60,601 nt of DNA from Minisyncoccia bacterium (GTDB lineage: Bacteria > Patescibacteriota > Minisyncoccia > Phycocordibacterales > UBA918): the NCBI GenBank assembly GCA_041738755.1, contig JBGSPE010000003.1:1-60601 (forward strand). Direction: 5' to 3'. The notes beneath the pieces were generated by a model. The model saw nothing but the letters and a program-made list of their open reading frames with translations, had not been told where the DNA came from and did no database searches. Below, in pieces: positions 11,279 to 20,198 of this stretch (positions are counted from its first letter, which is position 1; the number at the start of each line of letters is the position of its first letter). The position numbers were made by a program, and so were the translations under genes.

Positions 11279-11659
11279 CTAAGGGTGTAATAGATGGTGT
11301 TTGAGTCGAGTAATAGCGTCTTTTGTCGTGACATCAACGAACCTATGCGCATGTTCAGTTCGATATCCTCCCACGAGGTCTGTATCAATAATTTCTTCTA
11401 CAATAGCGTCGGGTGAAAACTGTGAAAGGATTGCTTCTTTCTCTTCCTTCGGAAGCGGATATGGTGAGTAGAGTCTTACAACGGCCGCTTCACGTTTTGT
11501 AGCAAGTAGTCTCTCTAAGTACCGAGCAACCGCTGGCTTAAACCCGGAAAGACCATGTGTCTCCATAAACGTAAACACCGTATCGATACTTTCTTTTTCA
11601 CCCATTCCGTCTTTGGTATACGCAAGAATGGCATGAGCGAGGGCTTGAGAAATTGTCAT
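11279..11659 (-). CDS. atpH: ATP synthase delta subunit (short)
   Basis: Position between atpF and atpA; C-terminal IDTDLVGGY..D.T OSCP-like motif. Confidence 0.8.
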   Translation of the reverse strand: MTISQALAHAILAYTKDGMGEKESIDTVFTFMETHGLSGFKPAVARYLERLLATKREAAVVRLYSPYPLPKEEKEAILSQFSPDAIVEEIIDTDLVGGYRTEHAHRFVDVTTKDAITRLKHHLLHP

Positions 11660-11670
11660 AGCGTATAGAA

Positions 11671-12162
11671 CTAAGCGGCACCAATAGCCTCCTTAACTAA
11701 TTGGGTGTTTTTTGTGACATCGATTTCTTCTTTAAGAATTGTCGATGCTCCCAAAATAGCCAAATCAACAGCTTTCACTTTAATTTCAGATTCAAGTCGA
11801 CTTCGCTCTTGAGCAATTTTTTCTCGCGCATCGTGCAGAATAGTTGCCGCTTCTTTCTCTGCTTCTTCCGCCCGACGCTCCTTCAACAGGCTACCATCTT
11901 TTTCGATAGCGCTAATGACAGCATTTGCCTGGGCACGCGCCTCAGCGATAATTCGCTCCCCTTCCTTTTGCGCCGCAGCCAAAGCATCTGAAGCCAAGGC
12001 TGCATTTGCCATACCTTCAGCAATCGCTTTTTTCCGTTCAGCTATGATGTTTGAAATCGGGCCAAACAGAAACCGCTTGAGAAGGTAGAAGATTATGAGG
12101 AAGTTGACGAGGTTAGCGAGCGCAACCTGCCAGTCAAATCCAATTTTTGCTAAAATTTCCAT
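11671..12162 (-). CDS. atpF: ATP synthase F0 b subunit
   Basis: NFLIIFYLLKRFLFGPI..ERK followed by a long coiled coil. Confidence 0.95.
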   Translation of the reverse strand: MEILAKIGFDWQVALANLVNFLIIFYLLKRFLFGPISNIIAERKKAIAEGMANAALASDALAAAQKEGERIIAEARAQANAVISAIEKDGSLLKERRAEEAEKEAATILHDAREKIAQERSRLESEIKVKAVDLAILGASTILKEEIDVTKNTQLVKEAIGAA

Positions 12163-12197
12163 CTGAATTCTTGAATCTTTTAATTAAAGCCTGAGCT

Positions 12198-12413
12198 TTA
12201 GACAATAAAGAATGCTACGAGTGCGTAAATCGCGGTTGACTCACAGAGTGCGAGACCAATGATCATTTTAGTAAAGAGAGAATCTCCTACTTCAGGATTT
12301 CGTCCAATAGCCTCCATTGTTTTACCAACAAGGTATCCTTCTCCGATTGCTGTACCCATCATCGCTAAGATGATTAGTCCTTGTGCAATATATCGTGCTG
12401 CCTCTACTTCCAT
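12198..12413 (-). CDS. atpE: ATP synthase F0 c subunit (Na+-type signature)
   Basis: Two TM helices, RNPE loop, GEG and ESTAIY. Confidence 0.96.
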   Translation of the reverse strand: MEVEAARYIAQGLIILAMMGTAIGEGYLVGKTMEAIGRNPEVGDSLFTKMIIGLALCESTAIYALVAFFIV

Positions 12414-12495
12414 ATACTTATATTAGGTTTATTGATAAGTGACCCTTAAAGGCCAATGTTGACTCTGAACCGAAGTACAGAAGCAACATTGAACA

Positions 12496-13284
12496 TTAAG
12501 AAGGTGTGTCGTCTTTGACTGACAAGGTATAAAAAACCGTTACGAGAGCCGTGAACACAATCGCCTGCACAGTAGCAGCCAGTACTCCCATCGCCATCCA
12601 TAAAGCTGGAACGAAGAAGGCAAATGAGCCAATTAAAATCGTGGTGAGAATTTCACCTGCATACATGTTACCGAACAAACGAAGTGAGAGAGAAATGACC
12701 TTGGTAACCTCTCCCAAAATATCAAGCAGGCCAATGAAAAATTCAATGATGCCAATAAATCCTGCTCCAATTCCTTTGCGAAAGCCTTGATATACCTCTT
12801 TAAACTTGAAGAATTTACCAAGGTAACCAAATATTCCCCACTCTCTAATTGAGATTACATTGATGGCAATAATTGACCCGAAAGCCAACGCAAAGGTGGT
12901 ATTAAAATCGGAAGTTGGTGTACGAAACACTGAGATTCCATCATAGGTAATTGAACTCACACCAGGAAGCAATCCAGCAAAGTTTGAGGCGGCAATAAAT
13001 ACAAAAATTGAACCGATGACTGGAAGAATAGTTTTGGTTCGTTTTTCATTTCGGGTGATTTGGCCAATCAAATCCGCCACCCATTCGTACACAGACTCAA
13101 CCACCAACTGAACCTTTCCCGGCATAACTGCCAAAGAGCGAGACAGGAGCCACGAACACACGCCGAGTACCACCGCAATTAACACGAGATACAGTGTTGA
13201 GTTAGCTACAGAAACGGTACCTATAGAAAAGACTATATCGGGGCTAACATCAGCAATTTCTCGTGGGAAGCGGAAGAATTCCAT
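12496..13284 (-). CDS. atpB: ATP synthase F0 a subunit
   Basis: PTSDFN, SLSLRLFGNMYAGE and VQAIVF. Confidence 0.97.
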   Translation of the reverse strand: MEFFRFPREIADVSPDIVFSIGTVSVANSTLYLVLIAVVLGVCSWLLSRSLAVMPGKVQLVVESVYEWVADLIGQITRNEKRTKTILPVIGSIFVFIAASNFAGLLPGVSSITYDGISVFRTPTSDFNTTFALAFGSIIAINVISIREWGIFGYLGKFFKFKEVYQGFRKGIGAGFIGIIEFFIGLLDILGEVTKVISLSLRLFGNMYAGEILTTILIGSFAFFVPALWMAMGVLAATVQAIVFTALVTVFYTLSVKDDTPS

Positions 13285-13291
13285 ATAAAAA

Positions 13292-13555
13292 TTATTTCTT
13301 CATGTGTCGTGTGACTGAGCGATAGCGGGCTATCACGATCAGCCAAGAGAACATGTACGTTGTAAAAAAGATTGCAATCGTTGCCGGTATTCCAGACTCT
13401 GGATACAGTTCCTGGACACGTTTATTCGCAAAAAAGCCTATGATTGCCGGCAGCCCAAAATACGGTATAAGTTCGAGCGCAAACAAAAAAATTCGGGTAC
13501 TGTAATCCTGCTTGGATTGAACAGTTTCACTTTTTTTGTCGGATACGGGTTGCAT
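13292..13555 (-). CDS. AtpZ/AtpI-like 2-TM protein
   Basis: Two TM helices, first gene of the atp operon. Confidence 0.6.
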   Translation of the reverse strand: MQPVSDKKSETVQSKQDYSTRIFLFALELIPYFGLPAIIGFFANKRVQELYPESGIPATIAIFFTTYMFSWLIVIARYRSVTRHMKK

Positions 13556-13764
13556 GTATAAAAGATAGAGAATTCACGGACAATCTGCCAAAAAATTCTC
13601 TAAGGACAAAAGATTGACCAATGTGGACAATCTCCGTGCGGGAGTATAACAGAGGGTGATTATTAAATCAATTTTGACCTGTGCAGAGCCTACTTTTGGA
13701 GGTCGCCAGTACCCCCTTACAGCATTCTTAAAATGATGGATTGTCTCTGGTATACTGACAGTAT

Positions 13765-13845
13765 ATGAAATTTATTCTCTTAGTAATTGGCGGATTTATT
13801 CTCCTCATGATGATTAATGCCCACTTGGATGGTAATCCCATTTAA
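13765..13845 (+). CDS. Putative 26-aa hydrophobic small protein (MKFILLVIGGFILLMMINAHLDGNPI)
   Basis: ATG 8 nt after TGGTATACT; stop lies 2 nt before the truB-like ATG. Confidence 0.45.
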   Translation: MKFILLVIGGFILLMMINAHLDGNPI

Positions 13846-13847
13846 CA

Positions 13848-14654
13848 ATGGAACCATATGTTGTTATCGACAAGCTTGTAGGCGAAACTCCACTTTCTGC
13901 CGCTGAGACCTGGCGTCTTACTCGACCTGACCTAGCCGGGGTACCGTTATCCTATGCTGGCAGACTTGACCCAATGGCCTCCGGAAAGTTATTGGTGCTG
14001 ATTGGTGAAGAGTGTAAAAAACAAGCCAACTATCACGACCTCGACAAAGAATACCAATTCTCGGTTTTGTTTGGTGTGACTTCAGATACCGCTGACGTGC
14101 TTGGTCGCCTCGAATCAAACGATGATGTACCAATAATGACCCTCCCTCAACTACAAGCTATTTGTGATACGTACATAGGAGAACTAAGGGTCCCCTATCC
14201 AAAATTCTCATCCAAAACTGTCGCGGGAAAGCCCCTCCATATGTGGACCCTTGAGGGTAGGCTGAACGAAATCACTATTCCGACTCGGACCTCGACTATT
14301 TATGAGTTAAAAACAGTGTCGATTGAGACACTTACACGTGACGAAGTCGTAGATTCGGCTCTCTTAAAAATTAACAGCATTCCAGAGGTTACTGACCCTC
14401 GCAAAGCCCTCGGCGAAGACTTTAGACGTGCACCGATCCGGAAAGACTGGGAAATGTTCAGAGATGACACTCATAAGCCAAACACGTACCAGGTTGCTCA
14501 CTTTCGCTGTGTCGCTTCTTCGGGTACATATATGCGCACGCTAGCAACCCTCATCGCAAAAGACGCTGGCACTGTTGGTCTCGCATTTTCTATTCACCGA
14601 ACAATTATTGGAACCTATGTTCCAAACACAAAACAGTGGGTAAAAATCTTCTAA
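13848..14654 (+). CDS. truB: TruB-family pseudouridine synthase
   Basis: YAGRLDPMASG.L, K.Y, SDTAD..G, P.FSSK...GK.L and SSGTYMRTLA motifs. Confidence 0.8.
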   Translation: MEPYVVIDKLVGETPLSAAETWRLTRPDLAGVPLSYAGRLDPMASGKLLVLIGEECKKQANYHDLDKEYQFSVLFGVTSDTADVLGRLESNDDVPIMTLPQLQAICDTYIGELRVPYPKFSSKTVAGKPLHMWTLEGRLNEITIPTRTSTIYELKTVSIETLTRDEVVDSALLKINSIPEVTDPRKALGEDFRRAPIRKDWEMFRDDTHKPNTYQVAHFRCVASSGTYMRTLATLIAKDAGTVGLAFSIHRTIIGTYVPNTKQWVKIF

Positions 14655-16627
14655 CGCTTCCCTTTTAACTGTTCGAGTTTTGCCAAATACGCATTCACTG
14701 CCAACACAAACTCCGCATGACTCCACACAAGTGGCGCAGTCGAAAGTTGCTCCCTTGTTTCCGGATGCATCTGCTCTGCCAATACACCACCGACCGTTGC
14801 GTGCGTTCCGGTCCATTCGAGAATATCAAGTGGTCGCTTGAGGTCAGTGAGCTTGGTAGCTTTTTCAATATAATACCGCGCTACCCAAAGCGTCGTGATT
14901 ACCCATGGATTAGGAGACTCAGCATCTTGCATCCGGTAGTACGCATCACCTTCGTACCGAATATATCCCTCACTTTGACTCTTGACCGACAGGCGTTCCT
15001 CAACAGCATGCATCATACGAGTAATTCGCTTATCATCAACGTCAAAGACATCAAACAGGAGGAGTCCGTACATACTGCTGATATCAAGCGTCAGATCATA
15101 CTCAAGCTCACCATCCTCATGATGAAGTACGTGCTTCACAAAAATTCCTTGTTCTTCATTAAAGAGAACGGTTCCTATTGCATTTTGTAATCGCTGTGCG
15201 ATGGCTTGGTACGTGCGAGCTGGCTCGACTTTACCGAGTGTCATGGCGAACTTTGCCGCTGCCATCAAGCCACCATAGACCGAAGCAGCCGTGTAGGTTG
15301 AGGTGCCATACTTTTCTTCCCAAAGGTCAAAGGAAGCTTGCGGAAGTCCGGTTGTTGACTCAATGTATTCACACAAAAATGATGCAGCCGGCTCAATAAA
15401 TGAGTTATAGAGTGATTCAATAAATTCAATATCCTTTACCATCTCATAGTGCTGCCAAAGGGAGAAAATGATGGTAGCAGTTTCATCTTCTTGAATTGGT
15501 AGCTGTGGTTTACCGGAAATCATCCAAGGGTGCCAGGAACTTCCCAAGACACCATCACTTCGATACTTGTGCATGAGATATCCATTGGGCTCAATACAAT
15601 CGGCAATAAATTTAAAAAACCGGGCTGAAACGTCGTGATACCCCGTAATATCAAACGCATGCGCAATAAACGCCGCATCACGGGGCCAGACGTAACTGTA
15701 CGTATCGCGACCATGGTGCAGCATATCAGTATCACTTGAGGCAATAATGCCACCTCGGTTATCGGTATGAACCCGCATAATCATCAGTGACTTTCGATAT
15801 AGCTTTTGTAGCTCTGGCGTTAGCGTGTGCAGCGCTGTTTCTTCTTTGGCTAACCAGGCTTGCCAGTACGCTTCGGTAGAAGCTATCAAGCGCTCTGGTG
15901 TTTCCTGTAACACCAACTCGTCGAGTGTATGCACTTCAGCAATAGATGCTCCGCAGACAATCCAGTAGTATGCATCTGCGGAACCGTCACCAGCCAGATC
16001 AAGCGACATGCCAATAATTGAATCCACTGATCCATGCTCAATGGGATTTTTATCGAGATATCCATCGAGCGCATCAAAGTAAGAACCTTCCTTTCCTTCT
16101 ATCCCAAAGAGTCCGATGGTATATTCAGAAAATTGCTTACCACCTACCATTGCATTAACTAAGAGTGTGGTGTTTCCTTTATAGTGAATAATCGCATTGA
16201 CTCGTGGATCGTAAAATCCCGTATCACCTCGTCTCGACTCTGAGATACGAAACTGCTGTGACAAAAATAATTTCACCGTTCGCTCTCCGGTTCGATTGTT
16301 ATGAACGGTGAAGTGCCGTAATAAGATATTTTTTTCATTATGGACCGCATCTACACTCGAGAGTGTAATCCCGAGCGAAACATTCTCCGCAAACAATGCT
16401 CCGACACACGCCGTTTCTTTTCCACCAACCGTAATCTTCCAGCTTGGGTCATCAAGCCACGACAATTGATCGTCCACATACACTCCAATCCGGTGAACGT
16501 AGTTTCCACTAGCACCACTGACATGGTTGGCTTCACCGACAAACGGATAGTACAGGTCACGAACTTGCCCTCGGCTATCGAAGCCGACCAAGAGATTCCC
16601 GTTTCCTAATGTGACGTAACGGGACAT
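14651..16627 (-). CDS. GH15 glucoamylase-family glycoside hydrolase
   Basis: YSYVWPRDA, QEDET, DLWEE, LAEQ and PLVWSHAEF. Confidence 0.93.
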   Translation of the reverse strand: MSRYVTLGNGNLLVGFDSRGQVRDLYYPFVGEANHVSGASGNYVHRIGVYVDDQLSWLDDPSWKITVGGKETACVGALFAENVSLGITLSSVDAVHNEKNILLRHFTVHNNRTGERTVKLFLSQQFRISESRRGDTGFYDPRVNAIIHYKGNTTLLVNAMVGGKQFSEYTIGLFGIEGKEGSYFDALDGYLDKNPIEHGSVDSIIGMSLDLAGDGSADAYYWIVCGASIAEVHTLDELVLQETPERLIASTEAYWQAWLAKEETALHTLTPELQKLYRKSLMIMRVHTDNRGGIIASSDTDMLHHGRDTYSYVWPRDAAFIAHAFDITGYHDVSARFFKFIADCIEPNGYLMHKYRSDGVLGSSWHPWMISGKPQLPIQEDETATIIFSLWQHYEMVKDIEFIESLYNSFIEPAASFLCEYIESTTGLPQASFDLWEEKYGTSTYTAASVYGGLMAAAKFAMTLGKVEPARTYQAIAQRLQNAIGTVLFNEEQGIFVKHVLHHEDGELEYDLTLDISSMYGLLLFDVFDVDDKRITRMMHAVEERLSVKSQSEGYIRYEGDAYYRMQDAESPNPWVITTLWVARYYIEKATKLTDLKRPLDILEWTGTHATVGGVLAEQMHPETREQLSTAPLVWSHAEFVLAVNAYLAKLEQLKGKR

Positions 16628-16631
16628 AGTA

Positions 16632-17033
16632 TTAGTATGAGTAGAATTTAAGTGATTTTTTGACGATAGCTGCTGCTGATTTTGCAGTCTTAGCTTTCTT
16701 TAGTTCGGCTGAACAAGCAGTGTCTCCTAACACATCGCTTACCCACTCAGCAAAGTCGTTCTTGTCTTTCGTAACATGGTGAGTAAATGTCTTTGGATTC
16801 ATCACCAAGAGAGCTTCATTCAGTGCTACCAAACTATTTAAAATGTTTCCATCTGCTACCCAAAAAGAAGTTTCGTTATCCGCGTATCGTAGCGGCTCAA
16901 GCGAATCAGCTTTCGAGGATACTTTTTTAACAACTTTTTTTGCCACTACTTTTTTAGGAGGTTTTGAAACAGTTGCTTTAGTAGTTGTTTTTTTGGTGGC
17001 TTTTTTAGGTGTAGAAGTAACAGTTTTTGGCAT
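16632..17033 (-). CDS. Lys-rich N-terminal tail plus DUF5752-like domain protein
   Basis: Start set at MPKTVTS (17033) to avoid overlap with GH57. C-terminal FWVADG..SL..L..F.HHV...KNDFAEWV..VLGD resembles DUF5752. Confidence 0.7.
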   Translation of the reverse strand: MPKTVTSTPKKATKKTTTKATVSKPPKKVVAKKVVKKVSSKADSLEPLRYADNETSFWVADGNILNSLVALNEALLVMNPKTFTHHVTKDKNDFAEWVSDVLGDTACSAELKKAKTAKSAAAIVKKSLKFYSY

Positions 17034-17043
17034 AGAAGAACGA

Positions 17044-18459
17044 TTAGTTTTTGTGTTTGGAATTGGTAAAGAACGGGATACGTTTGACGACAGTATCCCA
17101 CCAGGTGGTGGCTTCCCGAAGTCGTCCTGCATCACTTTGTTGAGCACGTGCTGTTGCAGGCTCTGTAATTTTTTTAATAGTTGTTTCATAAGGTACTGAT
17201 TCTTCCACTAATTTTGTGGTGATAGCTTTTGGTCGCTTCGGAGGTTTTTTGTCGAGCTCTTCGTTCGCGTACTGTACTCTCAATTGTAAATCAGAAAGCG
17301 CATTCATAAAAGCGATGTACGCATCATATGGGGATTGGTACGGACTGAAATACGCGTGCACATCTCCATCGTTAGACCATTTCGTGCACATGTAATAAAA
17401 ATGATCAGACGTTTGTAGTTTTCGCCAGGTTTCTATCAAATCTTTTTTCTTTGTTCTCATTACTGCTTCTTCCATACGGTAGGTAGTAGCGATTGCATCC
17501 CGTTGAATGTCATTGCCGGTCCAGGCTGTAAGATCTCTATCGGTATCTGCCCAGGTCAATACATCAGGAACATCATATTCTCCGATATGGTTGTAGGCTA
17601 AGACCGTTTCGGTTGGCGTTTTAAAACTTGTGTCCGGATGAGCCAAGACCATCTTAGGGAGTGATTTTAGAAAGTCAAAAATCCCCGTATCTTCCCACTG
17701 GTGCTCACCGAAACTTTCATAATCCATGAAGAGGTTAACCGTCTGGGCGTCGCCGTGATGAGCATGAATCCAATTAGCAAAGGTGTCGGCTTGAAGAGGC
17801 CATCCTTCCCACTCTTTGTTACCAAACCGGAACGCAATATCATCAGAGAGCTTATAATTTTTTAGTAAAACTTTAATCTTTTTACAACCGGCAGGTTGAT
17901 AGACAAAATTAGGGCTGCGCCACCCCAGGTATTTTTCCCAGCCTTCTGCCATGATACCGAGGTACCCATTATCCTCACACCACTTAGCTAAATCGTTTCG
18001 ATACGACAACTCAGTATTACGAAATACTTTTGGTGTCACACCGAAGAGTTCTTTGACACGTCGTTCGTGCTGTTTTACTTGTCGCTTAAATTCAGGTACC
18101 GAATAAAAAAAGGCCAGAGAGTGGTGATACGTATCTGCCAATACCTCTACCCTGCCGGTGGCAATCAGCTCTTGAAATGACTCCAATACATCCGGTGTAT
18201 AGGCTTCAAACTGATCAAGGACGGTGCCAGAAAATGAGAGGGCAAACCGAAACTCGGGATGCTCATCTAAGAGTTGTTTTAAAATTTTATTGGTGGGACG
18301 ATATGATTTGTCAGCCACTTTTTCAACAATTCGTCGATTATTTAAATCCGTCTCACTACTATCATTAAAATATTCCGTGTCGTTTCCGATATCAAATACC
18401 CGGTATCGCTTCACGCGATATGGTTGATGCACATGGAAATAAGGACAAACGGTAAGCAT
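17044..18459 (-). CDS. GH57 alpha-amylase-family glycoside hydrolase
   Basis: HVHQPYR, FRNTEL, DYESFGEH and LQTSDHFYYM. Confidence 0.93.
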   Translation of the reverse strand: MLTVCPYFHVHQPYRVKRYRVFDIGNDTEYFNDSSETDLNNRRIVEKVADKSYRPTNKILKQLLDEHPEFRFALSFSGTVLDQFEAYTPDVLESFQELIATGRVEVLADTYHHSLAFFYSVPEFKRQVKQHERRVKELFGVTPKVFRNTELSYRNDLAKWCEDNGYLGIMAEGWEKYLGWRSPNFVYQPAGCKKIKVLLKNYKLSDDIAFRFGNKEWEGWPLQADTFANWIHAHHGDAQTVNLFMDYESFGEHQWEDTGIFDFLKSLPKMVLAHPDTSFKTPTETVLAYNHIGEYDVPDVLTWADTDRDLTAWTGNDIQRDAIATTYRMEEAVMRTKKKDLIETWRKLQTSDHFYYMCTKWSNDGDVHAYFSPYQSPYDAYIAFMNALSDLQLRVQYANEELDKKPPKRPKAITTKLVEESVPYETTIKKITEPATARAQQSDAGRLREATTWWDTVVKRIPFFTNSKHKN

Positions 18460-18461
18460 AC

Positions 18462-19685
18462 CTATGGTGTAACGTATTGTAACAGACTCTGGTAGAGCTG
18501 CTTAATACTGTGAGCTGACGAACGCCATGAGAGTCCTTTTAATTGCTCCCTACCCTCTTTCACCATTTGCTCACGTAACACTCCATACTTTAAGCTCGAG
18601 AGAATTTGATTTGCCATCTCATCGGTATCCCAAAAATCTACCTTTAGTACATGCGTCAGTACTTCGGCTACACCTGACTGTTTCGAAATTATCGCTGCTG
18701 TACCATGTTGGAGTGCCTCCAGTGGTACTAATCCAAATGGTTCAGAAACTGATGGCATAACAATCAAATCAGCCGTTTGATACATTCTATCGCGTTCTTC
18801 TTCCCACAGTGCGCCCGCGAACTTTACGTGTTCAGATAATCCAAGTTGTCCAACTTGCTCAATAATTTGCGTCATCATGTCACCCCACCCCGAGATAATA
18901 AACACAACACTTGGGTCATGGTCGACCACTGTACGGGCCGCACGGACAAAATAATCAACGCCTTTTTGAATACTAATGCGTCCATGATATAGAACGATTT
19001 TTTTACCTTGGCTCTTTAGTTGCTGTAATGTTGGCGGCAGGGTCGGTGCTTCATGTGATTCACAACCATTGTAAACGACGACTGTCTTTTCTGCTGGAGC
19101 AGCGTGCCTGTCAATAATTATTCTTCGGGTGTAATCACTCACCGTGACAATTGCATCAGCTTCAGCAAAGGCTTCACATTCTATCTGATGGATGGATGGA
19201 TCTGGAGTTCCACCACCAGACTGGTCGTATGATGTTGCATGCACATGAAGGATGAGTGGTTTGCCACTTACTTTTTTGGCTGCCACTCCAGCCAAGTATG
19301 ATGTCCAATCGTGAGCATGAATAATATCGAATTCTTCAGTCTGAGCGATGAGTGACGCCTGGTGAGCAAACAGATGCACGGACTCAAGCATTGAACGAGC
19401 TTTGATAATTGGTTTACCATGAGTGTCATACCCTACAATGGTTTCAACCATTGTGTGTGACTGGGCGTATGGGAGGAGAGAAATATCAGTGTGCTTGAGG
19501 GTGAGATTATATTCATCATCAGCAAATAAAAATCGCGCATCACCATGAACCTCTTGGCGTTTTGGAAGCACAAAGAGGACCTCGACCCCTGATTGAATCA
19601 ACTCCTTGGTTAGACCATAGCAGGCAACGCCAAGACCACCGTTCTTGGCAGGGGGAAATTCAAAGCCGAAAGTAAGGATTTTCAT
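18462..19685 (-). CDS. GT4 glycosyltransferase (alpha-glucan/glycogen synthase-like)
   Basis: MKILTFGFEFPP..GGLG, HAHDW and PSVSEPFGLVPLEA; start set at MKILT. Confidence 0.92.
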   Translation of the reverse strand: MKILTFGFEFPPAKNGGLGVACYGLTKELIQSGVEVLFVLPKRQEVHGDARFLFADDEYNLTLKHTDISLLPYAQSHTMVETIVGYDTHGKPIIKARSMLESVHLFAHQASLIAQTEEFDIIHAHDWTSYLAGVAAKKVSGKPLILHVHATSYDQSGGGTPDPSIHQIECEAFAEADAIVTVSDYTRRIIIDRHAAPAEKTVVVYNGCESHEAPTLPPTLQQLKSQGKKIVLYHGRISIQKGVDYFVRAARTVVDHDPSVVFIISGWGDMMTQIIEQVGQLGLSEHVKFAGALWEEERDRMYQTADLIVMPSVSEPFGLVPLEALQHGTAAIISKQSGVAEVLTHVLKVDFWDTDEMANQILSSLKYGVLREQMVKEGREQLKGLSWRSSAHSIKQLYQSLLQYVTP

Positions 19686-19801
19686 AAAAATAAATCGGTC
19701 CTGTGCGGCCGCCCAAAGTCTCCTCCATGGTACCATATGAGCTAACGCACGCTTGTGTAAAACTATTCAAAATAGGTTTATAACGTAAAGGTTTTCTCTA
19801 G

Positions 19802-19830
19802 TTGACCTTAATTACCTCTTCTGGTACAAT
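19802..19830 (+). promoter_or_regulatory. Sigma70 promoter of rpmG
   Basis: TTGACC-17 nt-TACAAT with extended TG, 9 nt before the ATG. Confidence 0.75.
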
Positions 19831-19839
19831 CGCTCCACT

Positions 19840-20019
19840 ATGTCACAGGATTTACTTATCAAGATGGTGTCACTAGGCGACAAAAATGGCGTTGGGAAAG
19901 GCCATGTTTACTACACCCGGTACAACAACAAAAACAAGAAGGACCCAGGAAAGAAGTACGAGGCCAAGAAATTCAATCCTATCTCTAAGACCCACACGGT
20001 TTACAAGCAAAAAAAGTAA
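19840..20019 (+). CDS. rpmG: 50S ribosomal protein L33 (Cys-free form), absent from the ORF track
   Basis: MSQDLLIKMVSLGDKNGVGKGHVYYTRYNNKNKKDPGKKYEAKKFNPISKTHTVYKQKK fits the L33 pattern (Y.T.KNK..K.E.KKF.P....H..Y). Confidence 0.88.
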   Translation: MSQDLLIKMVSLGDKNGVGKGHVYYTRYNNKNKKDPGKKYEAKKFNPISKTHTVYKQKK

Positions 20020-20050
20020 ACATTAGCCCGCAAGGGCTTTTTGTTTACTT
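20013..20050 (+). terminator. Terminator after rpmG
   Basis: AGCCC-GCAA-GGGCT followed by TTTTGTTT, with an extended AAAGTAAACA/TGTTTACTTT stem. Confidence 0.7.
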
Positions 20051-20158
20051 TGTTCCGAATCAGCGGCTTTGGCCTGCCGATGATTCCTGGAACTGGTAAA
20101 ATTTCTTGGAAAAAATCTATTATAGAACTGGCAGAACTATCCGAATCTTTGTTTATTT

Positions 20159-20184
20159 AAAAACTCGCCAGTCGGCGAGTTTTT
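20159..20184 (-). terminator. Terminator after fba
   Basis: AAAAACTCGCC-AGTC-GGCGAGTTTTT. Confidence 0.7.
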
Positions 20185-20198
20185 TGTTTACTTAGTCC

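Noticed and set aside
17034-17189. N-terminal extension of the 185-aa ORF overlapping GH57
   Set aside because: A start at 17033, just after the GH57 stop, removes the 146-nt overlap.
20053-20092. Hairpin between the rpmG and fba terminators as a possible sRNA
   Set aside because: Single imperfect hairpin with no promoter or family motif.
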